In this document: piece by piece, positions 18,711 through 27,307 of the stretch
Layout of the letters: every line of letters starts with the position of its first letter
Position numbering within the stretch: position 1 is the first letter of the stretch
Source of the DNA: a virus
IMG/VR virus record: IMGVR_UViG_3300048919_000265
Reading direction: 5' to 3' (one strand)
DNA: 64,000 nt
The notes under the pieces: generated by a model
What the model was told of the DNA's origin: nothing
Seen by the model: only the letters and a program-made list of their open reading frames with translations
Database searches by the model: none
Translations under genes and position numbers: made by a program

Positions 18711-19175
18711 TTATTTGTTATCAGAATCACCATACGCTTTCTCCAATCCTAGGTTCATCATCTTACTTCTACGTTTGTTAACTTCGAATTTCAACTTATC
18801 GTGCATTTCCGGGACGATAGTGGAATATAATTGATTACTATAAATTTTACCCTTCTTACGATAACTCATAACTTCCTCCCCATCTTTACTCAAATCTAGA
18901 TCTCTTGGAATAATAGAAAGCATCACATACCCAGGCTGTAATCCTCCAGCTCCTTGTATGTCTGCAAACAAAATATGTGTAACGACAAATTCACTAACTT
19001 TGCCCGAGTAACCATTATCAACTTCCCATTCTCGCAAACGCAACACATCTCCAACTTCATAATTCCTATCATTGATCCTTACTTCAGCAGTTTTTCTCTT
19101 TAGCGGATCTATTTCAGTAACTGCATTATAATGCATTGGCAGAATCTTCAACTCAATAACTTTCATTATTAGCAC
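18711..19175 (-). CDS. DUF3850/ASCH (PUA-like) domain protein with C-terminal extension; probable start 19166
   Basis: ELKILPMHYNAV...KTAEVRINDRNYEVGDVLRLREW...GYVMLSI. Confidence 0.85.
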   Translation of the reverse strand: MLIMKVIELKILPMHYNAVTEIDPLKRKTAEVRINDRNYEVGDVLRLREWEVDNGYSGKVSEFVVTHILFADIQGAGGLQPGYVMLSIIPRDLDLSKDGEEVMSYRKKGKIYSNQLYSTIVPEMHDKLKFEVNKRRSKMMNLGLEKAYGDSDNK

Positions 19176-19252
19176 TCCTCAATATTAATTATATATGTAC
19201 GTCGATGATACCCATAATTTAACCTGTTGTAATGCTGAGAATCCTATTTCCC

Positions 19253-19453
19253 TCACTCAGCATTACGATGCTTATTTTCTCTAAACTCAAGAAATCCAAA
19301 CACAGTAGCAAGCACTATAAACAGAACGAGAGCTATTCCCCAACGCTCTTTAAAAGTCTGCATATCTCTAGCAAGAAAAAGAGAATAAATAATCCAAATG
19401 ATAACCGATCTTCTGACGACCAACCACCAAAACTCATTCCATTCACCCTTCAG
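19253..19453 (-). CDS. Two-TM membrane protein, 66 aa, apparent CTG start; not in the ORF track
   Basis: Hand-translated (L/M)KGEWNEFWWLVVRRSVIIWIIYSLFLARDMQTFKERWGIALVLFIVLATVFGFLEFRENKHRNAE; GGGAGG 8 nt upstream of CTG; fills an otherwise empty gap. Confidence 0.55.
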   Translation of the reverse strand: MKGEWNEFWWLVVRRSVIIWIIYSLFLARDMQTFKERWGIALVLFIVLATVFGFLEFRENKHRNAE

Positions 19454-19790
19454 AACTAAAACCTCCCAATACTCCTAATCTATCCAACGCAAACCACAAC
19501 AACCCTTCACTACCTACTTCTCTACTTGGCATAGTACCTCTAACTGCAGCGTGAATCATGTCCAACTCAATTCTTGGAGGAACATACCCTTTAATTGCCT
19601 TAAACTCTACACGTGGATCTACAAACGCACGAAGTAACAAAGAGTGCTCTAATCTCTCCAACACTCTTTGTTCTAATTCCGTGTACTCTAACAACCCACT
19701 TGATTTCTTTTTAAACATTGTATTCAAAACTGTAGCCATCTCTCCAACACTTTGATTAACCCGATTAGCTGTAACTGCCATATTTAACAC
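19443..19790 (-). CDS. Hypothetical protein, 115 aa
   Basis: ORF track. Confidence 0.7.
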   Translation of the reverse strand: MLNMAVTANRVNQSVGEMATVLNTMFKKKSSGLLEYTELEQRVLERLEHSLLLRAFVDPRVEFKAIKGYVPPRIELDMIHAAVRGTMPSREVGSEGLLWFALDRLGVLGGFSSEG

Positions 19791-19797
19791 GCTCCTA

Positions 19798-21102
19798 TTA
19801 GTTCAAAGAAGACAATACCTCACCAGCTCTTATAAGCTCAGAATAGTCCTTCTTCAACACGGTTTGGATAGTCAAAGAGCGATCATAAATATACTTAAGG
19901 AAGTAATCAATCTCTCCTGACATTCGTGTAAATATAAAGTACAAATCCAGTGTTTTTGGGTTTAAACCTCTGTGTGCTCGACCCATCATTTGTTTTATAT
20001 CAGCACAAAACTCATAGAAAATTATATAATCACATTCTAAGTCCAAGGCAGTGGTGACCGACGTAATAACAATATCTAACTTGTTTGCTGCAAAATCAGA
20101 CATTATCTGGTCCCTATCCTTATGACTTGTAAACCCATTTATACAAGCAACGCTTATACCTGCCTCTTCCAAAATCGGAGTCACCCATTTTCTAACTATG
20201 TGCTGATTTATATACACTAAGCCTTTCTGGGGCTGGCTACTTTTTATAATTTCAATCATCTTACGTACTTGATTGTACGCTCCGGGCCCCTTAGTAATCT
20301 TAGTAACACCATTACCCCTTTGCCCTTTCTGATTCTGGTGTGGTTCAACCATAACAACGTGAGGTCTATAATTACTGATAATACCCAAATCTCTTTCTCT
20401 AGACCTGCTATAAAATAAATCATCGAATTCAGACAAAACATCGAATCCTTGTTCAACTGCTCTTTTCAGATGCTTAACATCTGAAAATCTATTCCAGTCA
20501 AACAGGTGAGCAAGGTCAATAAGTTGGCCTAAATCACTAGTAACCGGAGTCGCAGTAAGAGCTACTCTGAATTCAAAATTGCGTAAAATTCCTCTCAACA
20601 TGAAAGAAGAACTAGCACCACCATAGTTACTTAATTTATGAGCTTCATCCACAAAAACTCCATAATACATATCCTTATTCGAATACAACCAATGCATTAT
20701 GATCTCATTATTCAGAGTTCCATGCGTAAGCATTAACACATCAGCTTCCATTGCGCGCCTACTAAAAAGTTTACTATTGAAATCAGAACGAGATGCGGAA
20801 ACTGTAAGTATTTTTAGACCTCCCCACTCACGTATCTTTTCAGGGGTCTGAATAAGCTGACTTTTCTCAACAAACATGATAAACTTTCTAGAGGGAACTT
20901 CGTTTTTTAACATCTTTATTAAAGCAGCCGTTATCACCGTCTTACCCATGCCCGTATCATACATGCAAATTCCAACTTTATGCCATAGAAGCTTTATAAC
21001 ATCTACGCATTGAAAGTCTTCCAACACAAGCCCATTCAATATACCTTCAATAGCTTTAAAAGATTGCAATTTTGCCAATGCTTGTTTCATATCACGCACC
21101 AT
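19798..21102 (-). CDS. Superfamily 2 (DExH, SNF2/Res-like) helicase, 434 aa
   Basis: YDTGMGKT (I), VFVDEAH (II), LTATP (III), LDLECD (V), QMMGRAHR (VI). Confidence 0.9.
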   Translation of the reverse strand: MVRDMKQALAKLQSFKAIEGILNGLVLEDFQCVDVIKLLWHKVGICMYDTGMGKTVITAALIKMLKNEVPSRKFIMFVEKSQLIQTPEKIREWGGLKILTVSASRSDFNSKLFSRRAMEADVLMLTHGTLNNEIIMHWLYSNKDMYYGVFVDEAHKLSNYGGASSSFMLRGILRNFEFRVALTATPVTSDLGQLIDLAHLFDWNRFSDVKHLKRAVEQGFDVLSEFDDLFYSRSRERDLGIISNYRPHVVMVEPHQNQKGQRGNGVTKITKGPGAYNQVRKMIEIIKSSQPQKGLVYINQHIVRKWVTPILEEAGISVACINGFTSHKDRDQIMSDFAANKLDIVITSVTTALDLECDYIIFYEFCADIKQMMGRAHRGLNPKTLDLYFIFTRMSGEIDYFLKYIYDRSLTIQTVLKKDYSELIRAGEVLSSLN

Positions 21103-21433
21103 TGCCGTGCAATAGATTTATGAATTTGTTTACTCCCTCGAATGCTGCCTTATTAAACAATCCAAGAAACAATAAAGTATAAATTACTTTCTCTTCCTCA
21201 GTTTCACAGGTCTTAACCATCCTAAAAGCTTCCTCATATTTATTAACTGAAATAATTGGGAAATCGAACTTAAGACCTTTTCTCTTCAAACCTATAAGTA
21301 ATGCTCCTACTTTTGGAGAATAATACTTATCAAAAACTTCAACTAGTTCTATTGGTATAAGATCAATAGAAACTTCATCGGCAGACTCTATATTTCTTAC
21401 CAATGTCATTAATGCCTGTAGCAACTCAAGCAA
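21092..21433 (-). CDS. Hypothetical protein, 113 aa
   Basis: ORF track; overlaps both neighbours. Confidence 0.75.
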   Translation of the reverse strand: MLELLQALMTLVRNIESADEVSIDLIPIELVEVFDKYYSPKVGALLIGLKRKGLKFDFPIISVNKYEEAFRMVKTCETEEEKVIYTLLFLGLFNKAAFEGVNKFINLLHGNGA

Positions 21434-21962
21434 CTCCTTTCAACTGCCCCAAAATAAATCTAACCACTACTGATGCTTCCGCATGATTATTATACATAAT
21501 CATTAACAAAATGATTCTCAGAAACCGATACTCTAGATTATCATCAAATCTTAGTTGCAAAAACTTAGTATCAATAGAATTAAGTATAGAGGCTATCACA
21601 TTAGCCTTCGTTCTACTTTCAACTGTTATGTTTTTACTTGACTCAAAAATGGAAAGTACTTCTATAAGCTCTTTAATTTGCGGAAAGTTATTGAATTTTA
21701 ATTCTGTTTTATTAAAGAATTTTAGACGTAAATGAAAATGCGCTATCAATCCTGTATGCGGCCAAACACTTAAGTTACGATCCCCTATCACTCTTGGGTG
21801 TTCCGTAGCCAGGGTCTTGCTTATAAGCGGAAGAAGCTCTCGGATACTAAGATCCGAGAGCTTTCTACCTTCAATTTCCTCATGCAATCCGTAAATACGT
21901 TCTATAGTATCACAGATGATTTTAAACATCTTCACATACTCACTCATATAACCACCAACCAT
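21426..21962 (-). CDS. Hypothetical protein, 178 aa
   Basis: ORF track. Confidence 0.75.
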   Translation of the reverse strand: MVGGYMSEYVKMFKIICDTIERIYGLHEEIEGRKLSDLSIRELLPLISKTLATEHPRVIGDRNLSVWPHTGLIAHFHLRLKFFNKTELKFNNFPQIKELIEVLSIFESSKNITVESRTKANVIASILNSIDTKFLQLRFDDNLEYRFLRIILLMIMYNNHAEASVVVRFILGQLKGVA

Positions 21963-21968
21963 CTTTGA

Positions 21969-22733
21969 CTATTCGCTATCAATGCTTCTTTCAAGAGATT
22001 TTATGATCTCTTCAACATCCGATTCATTAAACACTACAGCTTTAACAACATCTGCTGTAATAAAATCTGACAATCTGTCAAAATCTTTAATATATGCACC
22101 GGCGATATCATAAAATTCAGCTTCTAGCTCAGGAAATTCTTCAAAGATCGTGAAAGTAGGACGGTGATTATTCATAACCTCCGTCAGCACCTCCAAAAAT
22201 CCTGTCAAGCTCTTACCGCTTTCTTCCAAATATCTACCCACGGCAACCGTTATCTCAAGCTCGGACTGCTTTTTACCGTTAGCTATCTGCGCTTGTATTT
22301 TATCTAAGTCAAATTGGAAATAAATAAAACACGCAAGATCTCCGAGCACTATCTCACAAAGCTTTAATAATACCTTCTTGGTTTCCTCATCAACTGGGAT
22401 AAAGGCTGTACTAACCTGAACAATCTGCTCTTCCAACAATCCAAGATAATGAACTGCTGAATCAATTCGACGCTGCACAGAATCATTATAACAACACTTA
22501 AACGTAGAAAACTCCTTCAACGTTTCAAACCCAAGTTCTTGCCGAACAGCTTCAATTTCGTCTAACTGATCCCACTCAACTCCTTCTACACTAACGTCCA
22601 TCTTCAAAGCGATATCTAACTTAACCAACGTGTTTAATAGTTCAAAACTATCTCCCACAACCTCAACCAAATCATCAACTTGCATTTTACGAAACAAAGT
22701 ATTTAGCCTCACATCAGTATACTTCATATTCAA
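21969..22733 (-). CDS. Hypothetical helical protein, 254 aa
   Basis: ORF track; RBS AAGGAGG. Confidence 0.8.
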   Translation of the reverse strand: MNMKYTDVRLNTLFRKMQVDDLVEVVGDSFELLNTLVKLDIALKMDVSVEGVEWDQLDEIEAVRQELGFETLKEFSTFKCCYNDSVQRRIDSAVHYLGLLEEQIVQVSTAFIPVDEETKKVLLKLCEIVLGDLACFIYFQFDLDKIQAQIANGKKQSELEITVAVGRYLEESGKSLTGFLEVLTEVMNNHRPTFTIFEEFPELEAEFYDIAGAYIKDFDRLSDFITADVVKAVVFNESDVEEIIKSLERSIDSE

Positions 22734-22742
22734 AATCCTCCT

Positions 22743-23549
22743 TTATTTATCTGCTTCTGCTATTCGTCTTGCCGTATCTTTACCAATATCAAATATCAAA
22801 TCCTCTGGAGCACGCGTACTAAACACCGTATTATCACTTAACACCCTAGTTAGAAAATCTACACTAATTTCTGGCGCTTCATCTGAAAACAAAGAATCAT
22901 TTGTCTCTTCTTTCTCCCCAGACATCAAAGCACTTAAAGGATGCTCTTCTAAATCAATAAGTATTTCGGGTTCGTTATCTAAATTCGGACCAGTAAAATC
23001 ATACTCCGGAAGTGAGACTGTATCAAGCTGAAAAGGCTCTATCGTCCTAATCTCCTCTAGTTCCTCAACGACATCCATTACAACATCCTCCTCCTCTAAA
23101 TCCGGAATTGGATCTATCTCTGCAGCCTCTTCGGCTTCCACAACTACTTCTTCCACAGCCATCACTTCTTCGTTTTCTTGCTCCACAACAGTTTCATACG
23201 CAGCCCCAACTATTTCATAAGGAAACTCAAACTTCTTAAGAATATAATAAGAAACTCCACCAGTCATAGCTAGCACTAAGAGCTTTGCAAATAACGGCAT
23301 AAAACCAGACACGAATGATAACTTCCCAGTAAAGATATACATAACACAATCCCAAACAATCAGCCCGCTATCCAAAACAACAATAGTGAGCAACAATTTC
23401 TCTAACACTTCTCTTTCTAAAAACATTAATTTTGCACTAATTTCATTAATCAATCGAAAGGGTGCGGATAGAATCCCTATAAATCCTACCCTTATCACAT
23501 CCAATATATCATTAATGTCTCGTTTTGTTTCATTTTCTGTATAGCGCAT
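22743..23549 (-). CDS. Two-TM membrane protein with long acidic low-complexity C-terminal region, 268 aa
   Basis: TMs near residues 48-100; E/D/P-rich tail. Confidence 0.8.
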   Translation of the reverse strand: MRYTENETKRDINDILDVIRVGFIGILSAPFRLINEISAKLMFLEREVLEKLLLTIVVLDSGLIVWDCVMYIFTGKLSFVSGFMPLFAKLLVLAMTGGVSYYILKKFEFPYEIVGAAYETVVEQENEEVMAVEEVVVEAEEAAEIDPIPDLEEEDVVMDVVEELEEIRTIEPFQLDTVSLPEYDFTGPNLDNEPEILIDLEEHPLSALMSGEKEETNDSLFSDEAPEISVDFLTRVLSDNTVFSTRAPEDLIFDIGKDTARRIAEADK

Positions 23550-23701
23550 TACGTTACCACCGCCAAAATGGTGAGGAACACCACGGTGGCAAAATAATCT
23601 CTTTTTATCCCACTTCTATTTTTACCATACAGCATCACATAAGCTGTGACGATTAAAAACATGAATAAACAAAAACTCTTAATAATTAAGCTTATTGTCA
23701 T
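23549..23701 (-). CDS. Small two-TM protein, ~50 aa (MTISLIIK...); the 23851 start in the track overlaps the upstream gene
   Basis: Re-called start at ATG 23699-23701; two hydrophobic helices; TAATG coupling downstream. Confidence 0.55.
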   Translation of the reverse strand: MTISLIIKSFCLFMFLIVTAYVMLYGKNRSGIKRDYFATVVFLTILAVVT

Positions 23702-24131
23702 CCACAAAATCCACAACCTCACTCTCTCTAACTTTCGAGATTTTACCAGAGTCATCCACAGAGAAGAAAAATACAAACTTTCTATAATCAGAAATATTCT
23801 CCGTTTTAAGTTTGTAGATAACATATCTGTCAGTTGCTTCCTCAGGCACAACTATAACTGGTTTATTCTTGAACTTTAGATAAACATTTAAGGCCCTATC
23901 AGTGTTATCAATCGTAAGTCGCTCATACACTTCACTAGTCGTCAGTTCCTTTAACTTCTGCATATTATCGTTAAGTTCTTCAAGACTAGCAAAGTTATAC
24001 ATATACTTCACAGCAGTAAGACCTAATTCCGTGTTTCTACCAACCTTTTGGAATTGTATCATCATCAAAGATAACATAACAATTGTATAAACAATAACTA
24101 CAACTAATACTATCTTAGTAGTCTTACTCAT
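23679..24131 (-). CDS. N-terminally anchored extracytoplasmic protein, possibly NTF2-like (VirB8/TcpC-like) fold
   Basis: MSKTTK + TM helix, helical segment, then alternating beta strands (YVIYKL, FVFFFSV, GKISKVRE). Confidence 0.5.
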   Translation of the reverse strand: MSKTTKIVLVVVIVYTIVMLSLMMIQFQKVGRNTELGLTAVKYMYNFASLEELNDNMQKLKELTTSEVYERLTIDNTDRALNVYLKFKNKPVIVVPEEATDRYVIYKLKTENISDYRKFVFFFSVDDSGKISKVRESEVVDFVDDNKLNY

Positions 24132-24675
24132 GAGGTTCCTCAGAAGCATACATTAATTTCAATCTCTCTTCTTTATTCATGAAGTACAAAGACATAAATT
24201 CATCAAGTCTACTTTCCGACTCCACTGTGACCTCGAACTTGACAGGAGATCCATTTAGATCTTGAATAGTAAAAACTCCACCAGTAGTGCCTTCAACAGC
24301 CCGGCCCAAATTACTATCCGGATTAATCTTACCGTCAAATAATTTATCCCCAACCTCATCAAACATCAATAACCCATGATCCCTAATAACATCCCCATTA
24401 TCCGATATTTCTTTCACCGTAATTAAAGTTCCTGAAGAAATATTAGTAGAATACCCTTGCTTTGGTTTGGATGTTCGCAATAATTGTTCAATACTCATCT
24501 TGAGATTCTGTTTTTGTGTAAGATTGGATTTCTCTGCATCATACTCTGTATTTTCACTCAAATCACCAAAACCTAAAGCTTCTTGCAATCTCTTTTCACT
24601 TTCTAAAATCTGTTCATCTAAAAGCTTTAGATCTCCTTGCAATTTAGAATACGCAACTGAACTTATCTCTCTCAT
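24124..24675 (-). CDS. greA: GreA/GreB-family transcription elongation factor
   Basis: Coiled coil with tip GDLSENTEY (acidic D and E retained); C-domain ISSGT...PDSNLGRAVEG. Confidence 0.85.
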   Translation of the reverse strand: MREISSVAYSKLQGDLKLLDEQILESEKRLQEALGFGDLSENTEYDAEKSNLTQKQNLKMSIEQLLRTSKPKQGYSTNISSGTLITVKEISDNGDVIRDHGLLMFDEVGDKLFDGKINPDSNLGRAVEGTTGGVFTIQDLNGSPVKFEVTVESESRLDEFMSLYFMNKEERLKLMYASEEPHE

Positions 24676-25427
24676 ACGCTATATGGCTCCTTGTAAATTA
24701 TTTGTGCTGGAAACTTTTTAAAATTATCACGCGCACTGGCAGATGCTAGTTTTTTAAACTGATTATCCTTATCCCATCTCGACAAGACACTTAAATTATA
24801 CCGAGATAAAATGAAAGTTGACAAGCCTAATCGACTTCTCTTACCTAATAACTCTTCGATAACAGAAAAAGCCTCATATCTATACGGAGTCTTTGTGACC
24901 GTAACGAATAACACATCAGACGTTATATACTCATCATAATTTATATAAGTGTGCAACTTGTAATCCATTTTTTCCGCAGACAACACAAACATCCTCTTCA
25001 AGTCCTGCGTATCAATAAGAGGAGCGACGCTCAACCCATTTTTTAACGCATGTTTCATGCAACTATACGCGAATGTAACTTTCGAATATGTACTAGGAGC
25101 AATTATAAAAGCGCTCTTAGGGGATAAAACACCACTTGCAAAAATATCGTGTAACCTTTGCAGACTATCAAGATACCTACTCAAAAATAAGTCCTTATCT
25201 TTATCAGCTGAACTTAATCCTTTGTATACCAAAAACCTTTCCACAGACCACTCAACATCCACATATTCATCTGGAATTCTTGTCTCCTTAACTTTATTAA
25301 GGAACGTAATAGCCGTTTCTGGATCATCTTTACTAAGATCTAGACTCTTTGGAACTCTACCACACCCAGGGCATCCTCCATCTACCACAATAGAACCATT
25401 ACCGCAAGTAAAGCAAAATTTATCCAC
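24672..25427 (-). CDS. DnaC/DnaI/IstB-like helicase-loader AAA+ protein with N-terminal Zn finger; ATPase motifs degenerate
   Basis: CFTC...CPGC; RIPDEY; Walker A position APSTYSKV; Walker B position SDVLFVT; ELLGKRSRLGLSTFILS resembles the IstB/DnaC sensor region. Confidence 0.55.
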   Translation of the reverse strand: MDKFCFTCGNGSIVVDGGCPGCGRVPKSLDLSKDDPETAITFLNKVKETRIPDEYVDVEWSVERFLVYKGLSSADKDKDLFLSRYLDSLQRLHDIFASGVLSPKSAFIIAPSTYSKVTFAYSCMKHALKNGLSVAPLIDTQDLKRMFVLSAEKMDYKLHTYINYDEYITSDVLFVTVTKTPYRYEAFSVIEELLGKRSRLGLSTFILSRYNLSVLSRWDKDNQFKKLASASARDNFKKFPAQIIYKEPYSV

Positions 25428-25430
25428 TTA

Positions 25431-25949
25431 TTATCCCACCTTCACAGCACTAATACTATCAATAACTTCCTGTACATTTAACCTAACACCTTTGAAAGAG
25501 TCAGACACTACCGAGTCTATGAAAGAAGAAAAATTATAAACTAATTCCACATCCGTATTTATATTACAGCTATCTGGCACAACCACAACATTAGTCATCT
25601 CCAAAGCCTTCTTATTTGCACGACGCAAATTGTTGTTTAAACTCCTAATATGTTCAAAGTTTTGCGTAACTGGATTAAATATCTTAGTAGTAAAAGTCCC
25701 AGATCTGCCATACCAATCCACGTCAGATAGTCTTCCCTGTAATTCACTATTGAAGCTCTTAGCTTCAATGCAATAAATATTCCAAGGGGTTATAAACAAC
25801 CTATCTATTTCGGTTGTAGTCTTTAAAAATGATGAATGAATTCTTAAATTAGGCAACATAAAACAACCTTTGTTTTTTAAGCTTGAGAGAACCGATGAAA
25901 TTTGAACTTCAAAAGCGGTTCCCTTCTTTATTGGTGATGCCATATCCAT
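25431..25949 (-). CDS. NERD-domain (PD-(D/E)xK-type) nuclease-related protein
   Basis: GTAFE, NLRI...EIDRLFIT...IYCIEAK, NPVTQN..H. Confidence 0.85.
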   Translation of the reverse strand: MDMASPIKKGTAFEVQISSVLSSLKNKGCFMLPNLRIHSSFLKTTTEIDRLFITPWNIYCIEAKSFNSELQGRLSDVDWYGRSGTFTTKIFNPVTQNFEHIRSLNNNLRRANKKALEMTNVVVVPDSCNINTDVELVYNFSSFIDSVVSDSFKGVRLNVQEVIDSISAVKVG

Positions 25950-25958
25950 TCCTCCAAA

Positions 25959-26873
25959 TTAAATAACTTTATAAACAATAACCCCTTGCCTACCAAATTC
26001 GGCAACACTAGGATCTGGCAGAATATTGTTAAAATCACCCATAAATAAGTCTATATGATTTCTTTTTATAGCACTTCCAGTATCAATTGCCGTGTAAACT
26101 CCTGTAAAATTTTTATACTTACCTGGAAATTCTATATACAGTTTACTGCCAAGTGGTATAACACTTGGATCGACTGCAACAGCTCTAGCAGATTCCCGTG
26201 TTTTACCAATTAGGCTTACACCACCAGCTGTATTACCATATCCAACATCGCTAGGGTACTTGCCGCAGCTTTGATAACTTAAGTCATAAGCAGTAGACAA
26301 AAAAGCTCCCATTAGTTCCAACCTATCATCACTTGGTTTATCTCTACTCGCAGTGAAAACACTGCTACTACCCTTCACTCCATAATATTCGGTCTCCACA
26401 ACCTCAGGAGTTTCTTGCACATCCTCCGCCAATGGAACATCTCCCACAGCAGAAGGCCGATAAGGTGTCTCTTCTCTTTGACTCTTACCTAAAACACTAC
26501 TAGTTACCCTTACTTCTGGTTCGGGTAAGCTATCTAATGATTCGAAACTCACCCCTAAATCTTCCAACCGAGAAGTGACCTTTGGTTTTTCAGCAACTGA
26601 GGACTGAACATCTCCTTTAGCCACTTCCACACTATAAACCGCATTACTAAACTTAGGTTTAACACCACTACTATCCGAGAATTCAAGTGGTTTAACCTTA
26701 CCCATTTCTGCATTCTTCTTAATTTCCAACGTTTTGATGTGTGTTAAATCCTTCTTAACACTCACCTGGGAAGTGCCTAAAACCTTTGTCTCTTCCCTAT
26801 TCATACTAATCACAACACCTGCAAGTAGCGCCACACCAACTACGCAACCTACTCCAATATTAACCTTTTTCAA
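25959..26873 (-). CDS. Secreted 3D-domain cell-wall lytic (MltA-like) protein
   Basis: Signal peptide, low-complexity linker, STAY...TAGG...AVAVDPSVIPLGSKLYI...AIDTGSAIKRNHIDLF. Confidence 0.9.
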   Translation of the reverse strand: MKKVNIGVGCVVGVALLAGVVISMNREETKVLGTSQVSVKKDLTHIKTLEIKKNAEMGKVKPLEFSDSSGVKPKFSNAVYSVEVAKGDVQSSVAEKPKVTSRLEDLGVSFESLDSLPEPEVRVTSSVLGKSQREETPYRPSAVGDVPLAEDVQETPEVVETEYYGVKGSSSVFTASRDKPSDDRLELMGAFLSTAYDLSYQSCGKYPSDVGYGNTAGGVSLIGKTRESARAVAVDPSVIPLGSKLYIEFPGKYKNFTGVYTAIDTGSAIKRNHIDLFMGDFNNILPDPSVAEFGRQGVIVYKVI

Positions 26874-26902
26874 TTTTTCAACCTCTCCTTAGTGCAACCT
26901 TT

Positions 26903-27208
26903 CTAAAATAAATTCATCTTCTTCATAACTGTGGTAGCAACAGGCTCTCCAGACGAATCCAATTTTACATCAAAATCTTCGATCGCGTCAGGTGTGGTAA
27001 ATATGTCTACAATAGCTTGACCCCACCCAGCCACTCTTTTACCTTTAGCGGGAAACCCTTTAATTTTAGCTAAATCTTCCAAAGTCTTTGGCTTTACATA
27101 TAAAACTTCATATAATTCAGAATCCTTGAATATCACATAAGGCTCAACACCCTTTTTATAGGCTAGGTGACCCCTTAATTTACGTAAAAGCTCTTCTTGC
27201 TTATTCAT
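26903..27208 (-). CDS. Stand-alone HRDC-domain protein, 101 aa
   Basis: LRKLRGHLA...VEPYVIFKDSELYEV...PKTLEDLAKIKGF matches the RecQ HRDC pattern. Confidence 0.85.
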   Translation of the reverse strand: MNKQEELLRKLRGHLAYKKGVEPYVIFKDSELYEVLYVKPKTLEDLAKIKGFPAKGKRVAGWGQAIVDIFTTPDAIEDFDVKLDSSGEPVATTVMKKMNLF

Positions 27209-27221
27209 TTATGTACAACCC

Positions 27222-27273
27222 CTCTATAATAATATGTAAGACTTTGTACTCTCACTTACATATTATTATAGAG
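27222..27273. repeat. Perfect 19-bp inverted repeat with 14-nt spacer
   Basis: CTCTATAATAATATGTAAG (27222-27240) and CTTACATATTATTATAGAG (27255-27273); each arm contains TATAAT and the TACATA/TATGTA hexamer. Confidence 0.9.
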
Positions 27274-27307
27274 TTTTAACTAGGTTTTTGAAGGTTTTGA
27301 GTTTAGG

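Noticed and set aside
19169-19177. TTAGCACTC, half of a CIRCE heat-shock operator
   Set aside because: Only one half-site; it overlaps the RBS (GAGGAGTGCTAA) of the DUF3850 gene and is not near the Hsp70 gene.
23702-23851. N-terminal half of the 100-aa ORF 23549..23851
   Set aside because: It lies inside the upstream gene 23679..24131; the hydrophobic protein more plausibly starts at 23701.
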